Assembly (NCBI GenBank): GCA_030539515.1
Contig: JAUNXZ010000001.1
Span: forward strand, 1-41,665
Direction of reading: 5' to 3'
Length of the DNA: 41,665 nucleotides
From: Thermoplasmata archaeon
GTDB taxonomy: Archaea > Thermoplasmatota > Thermoplasmata > Methanomassiliicoccales > Methanomethylophilaceae
How positions within the stretch are numbered: the stretch's first letter is position 1; each line of letters begins with the position of its first letter. Made by a program: the position numbers and the translations under genes. A model generated the notes under the pieces. It was not told the origin of the DNA. It saw only the letters and a list, made by a program, of their open reading frames with translations, and ran no database searches. Positions 38,905 to 41,665 of the stretch are shown here, in pieces.

Positions 38905-39839
38905 AGGCCCTTCCTCCTGAGGCCCCATATGGACAGGGCGCACAACGCGACCATGGCCACCAGAAGCACCACGTACATGTACTCGTAGTGCTCGCCGGGA
39001 AGGCTCACGTTCATGCCGTAGAAGCTCGCCAGCATCGTGGGTATGGCGATGATTAGAGTGATCGACGTCAGGAACTTCATGACCAGCGCGAGGGAGTTGT
39101 TCAGGTCCGCTTCCACGAGCTGCCTGGTACCCTTGATGATCTGGCTGTACGTCATGGTCATCTCCAGAGCCTGGTTCGTCTCGATTATCACGTCGTCCAT
39201 GAGGTCCCTGTCCTCAGGCGTGGAGACGAAGCGGGACTGCTTGCTCATCCTCTCGATGATCGAGGCGTTCACGGACAGCGACGTCTTGAAGTAGACCAGG
39301 TTGGACTCCAGCTCGTGCAGCTCGAAGAGGTCGTCCCTGCGGGTCGCCTTGCGTATGGACTCCTCGATGGCCATCCTCTTGACCTCGATGTACTTGAGGT
39401 CCGTCTGGTAGTTTATCGCGATCCTGAACAGGATCTGGAGCACGAACCTGGCGCGGTTCGACACGTCGAAGACGCTCTTGCTCTTGCTCTTGCCCGAGGT
39501 TATGTTGGTGAGGGCGAAGAGCTCCTGCAGGCACACGGTCACGATGGCCGTGTCGGTGACGGTGATGGATACCGGGTACGTGGTGAACTCCTCGCGGCTG
39601 TTCCTCCACTCCCTCGTGGGCGCGTCGACGAGGATCAGGGTGTAGTCCTTGGAGACCTCGGTCCTGGATCCCTCCTCGTCGTCCAGAGCGGACGTCAGCG
39701 CCTCGCGGTCTATGCCGAGGAACCCCTGCACCAGGTCTATCTCCTCGGAGGTCGGCGCGACCAGGTTGATCCAGACGTCCTCCTTTATCTCGTCCGTGCG
39801 GACGGGGCGGCCGTCCACCATCTCGTAGATCTCCATCAT
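38895..39839 (-). CDS. corA: CorA family Mg2+/Co2+ transporter
   Basis: WINLVAPT, ALDDEE, MKFLTSIT, FYGMNV signature, two C-terminal TMs ending LRRKGLWR then CGA (38895-38897); standard TGA at 38853. Confidence 0.93.
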
Positions 39840-39854
39840 TCCCTTCTCACCTCC

Positions 39855-41465
39855 TCACACAACCATTGCGAGTATGACCAGCAGGAACAGGAACAGCACC
39901 ACCGTGGAGACGCTCCCGGCTATGCTGTCGGTGAGCTTCCTGCGGCGCTCCTCGTCCCCGATCCTGAGCTTCTCGAGGAACCAGTTGACTCCTCCCGCGA
40001 ATATGAAACCTCCGTCCAGGACGTAGGTCGGCAGGGCGTTGGATATCGCCAGCAGGATGTCCAGCCAGAATATCCAGTACATCAGCTTGATGAACACCCA
40101 CGTGAGGTCGCCACCGGGGGCGTCGTACCACCACTTCACCTCGTCGGAGATGGGGTCCATGCCGTTGAACGGCCCCGAGAGGTAGGAGAACAGCGACGTG
40201 ACATAGGAGTACGGGGTGCTGACGTTGTAGAACGGGTTGACCGCCGCCTCCATCAGGAGGTCGGGGGTCGTGAACGTGAGTCCGGACATCGTCGTGGTCA
40301 CTCCGAGGAACCCGATGGAGTTCCTGGTGCTCAGCGTGACGTCGTAGTCCGTGGTCGTGTACGTGCCCTCGGAGTCCATCACGGACACGGTGGTGACGAC
40401 GATCTGCTCGCCTCCGGACGTGGAGGACATGAGGTCGGTGAACGTCTGGTAGCCGTCGATCTTCGTGGTGGTGCCGTTGATCGTGATGGAGTAGATGAAC
40501 GACCCCGCGGTGATGCCGGCGTTGTTCGCTCCGGAACCGCTGGTGACGGCCTTGATGTACAGTCCGAGCTGCACCAGCCCGGATTGGTGGGTCCCGTCCT
40601 CCAGCATGTACGTGACGTAGTACCGTTGGGTCGGGTCCAATGGGTAGTCTATATAAGCGGCGCTCCCGGAGGTCACCGTGCTCAGGGTTCCGTTCTGGTT
40701 CCCGTTGACATCGGTCCCGACGAGCAGGTTCCCGTCGGCGTCGGATATCCCGATTATGAGCGCGGATGCGGGGATGCCGGCGTCGTAGGCCGGGGAGTCC
40801 GCGTCCACGTAGTAGACGCCCGCGCTGTCCCCGTAGTCGGAGGACACGAAGCTGCAGGCGAACACCATGAGGATGATGCTGATGACCGCGAACACGGTGT
40901 TCACGGTGATCCCCGCGGCGTAGACGTCTATCTGCGCCTTGCGGGGCTTGGTGGCCATCTCCTCCTCGTTGGGCTCGACGAAGGCTCCGAGGGGCACCAC
41001 GCCGTAGAGAAGACCGGAGGAGTCGACGTGAATGCCGTTGACCCTGGCCTGGATCCCGTGGCCCAGCTCGTGGACCACCATGGCGAAGAACAGCGCGACC
41101 ACGCCGTAGCTCAGCGGCATGATGGGGTTGAACCCGGGGATCGCCAGCGCGTACTCGATGCCGATCGAGGATCCGGACGCCAGCCTGCTGGGGATGGCTA
41201 TGACGGCCACGATGAGCATGTACATCATGAGCAGGAACAGGACCGCCGAGATCAGCTTCGAGCAGAAGCCGAACGCGTGCCAGAACCGGGGGTACCGGGC
41301 GAAGCGGTCCATGGTCTTCATGCCCAGCTGCGTCTTGATCATGATGCAGGGGCCGTACTTCTGGAGGTGCCACCTGGCGGCCCTCTCGGGATTGCGCCAG
41401 ACCCACACCCAGATCGGAATGTAGACGATGAGCAGTATCAGCAGTACAAGATAGGCGGTGCTCAT
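39855..41465 (-). CDS. Site-2 protease (M50) with PDZ-like domains
   Basis: HELGH zinc motif, GAFVEP, AGITVN, NALPTYVLDGG. Confidence 0.92.
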   Translation of the reverse strand: MSTAYLVLLILLIVYIPIWVWVWRNPERAARWHLQKYGPCIMIKTQLGMKTMDRFARYPRFWHAFGFCSKLISAVLFLLMMYMLIVAVIAIPSRLASGSSIGIEYALAIPGFNPIMPLSYGVVALFFAMVVHELGHGIQARVNGIHVDSSGLLYGVVPLGAFVEPNEEEMATKPRKAQIDVYAAGITVNTVFAVISIILMVFACSFVSSDYGDSAGVYYVDADSPAYDAGIPASALIIGISDADGNLLVGTDVNGNQNGTLSTVTSGSAAYIDYPLDPTQRYYVTYMLEDGTHQSGLVQLGLYIKAVTSGSGANNAGITAGSFIYSITINGTTTKIDGYQTFTDLMSSTSGGEQIVVTTVSVMDSEGTYTTTDYDVTLSTRNSIGFLGVTTTMSGLTFTTPDLLMEAAVNPFYNVSTPYSYVTSLFSYLSGPFNGMDPISDEVKWWYDAPGGDLTWVFIKLMYWIFWLDILLAISNALPTYVLDGGFIFAGGVNWFLEKLRIGDEERRRKLTDSIAGSVSTVVLFLFLLVILAMVV

Positions 41466-41531
41466 CGTTTCTCCCCGAGCCGTGTGATGCCCTTATCCTA
41501 TAAAACAGGGTTGTGGCTCCGCTCAACTGTG

Positions 41532-41665
41532 TCGGGGACGCACCACTTCGAGGCCGACCAGCATCCCGATTATCTCCTCCGCCCAGCGGAGCTTGCGGAG
41601 CTTCACCGACGGGTCGGAGCCCTCCTTGGGCGTGGGGTTCAGGAAGTCGAACCCCTCCAGGACGA
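41532..41665 (-). CDS. 3' end of an unidentified CDS entering from beyond the window
   Basis: Open frame ...VLEGFDFLNPTPKEGSDPSVKLRKLRWAEEIIGMLVGLEVVRP, then CGA (41532-41534); TGA three codons later. Confidence 0.6.

Noticed and set aside
281-41526. Many long overlapping or antisense ORFs in the track (e.g. 865-2535, 2534-4177, 7479-9146, 22169-24802, 35668-37215, 39847-41526)
   Set aside because: Shadow frames of high-GC genes: Arg/Gly/Pro-rich or antisense mirror translations with no family motifs, each overlapping a well-supported gene.
278-41534. Random sequencing error or pseudogenisation as the explanation for missing stops
   Set aside because: Twelve independent ends show the same codon while gene bodies have no frameshifts or nonsense changes. 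A systematic artefact is not excluded without reads, but random error is implausible.
1-41665. In-frame TAG (pyrrolysine) readthrough genes
   Set aside because: Looked for because of the likely lineage; no recognised gene in the window is interrupted by TAG.
1-41665. CRISPR array, IS/transposase, integrase, tRNA or rRNA
   Set aside because: No spaced direct repeats, terminal inverted repeats, recombinase motifs or cloverleaf/rRNA signatures noticed by eye; the Fe-S PD-(D/E)XK domain belongs to an AddB-like protein rather than Cas4.

Overview
High-GC archaeal chromosomal segment, most consistent with a methanogen of the Methanomassiliicoccales type. Evidence: thermosome, Nre, RFC large subunit, Taw1, archaeal SRP RNA, methanogenesis marker 2, TATA-box promoters, plus bacterial-type ppk1/ppx, xseAB and AddAB-like genes. 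It holds about 41 protein genes and one SRP RNA, with no CRISPR array, IS element, tRNA or rRNA seen. The main observation is an apparent non-standard genetic code. Of the 40 gene 3' ends, 12 have an in-frame CGA exactly where the protein family, a C-terminal PIP box or the next gene says the protein should end. The other ends are 26 TGA, 2 TAA and 0 TAG. CGA was absent from the several hundred internal Arg codons I read by hand (these are AGG, CGC, some CGG/CGT/AGA). Under the standard code several genes run on absurdly: nre has no stop before the window edge, the helicase extends 300 codons into the next gene, and yjbQ doubles in length. I infer that CGA works as a stop codon, or as an unassigned or edited terminating codon. 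CDS ends below use CGA as stop. Secondary observations: nre and its radical SAM partner lack canonical starts and lie in the +1 frame at CGA codons; a PARIS-like ATPase/TOPRIM pair; a catalytically degenerate DEDD exonuclease paralogue; a P-type ATPase with PIAL instead of PEGL; and a URRC-type SRP tetraloop. All codon tallies are manual.
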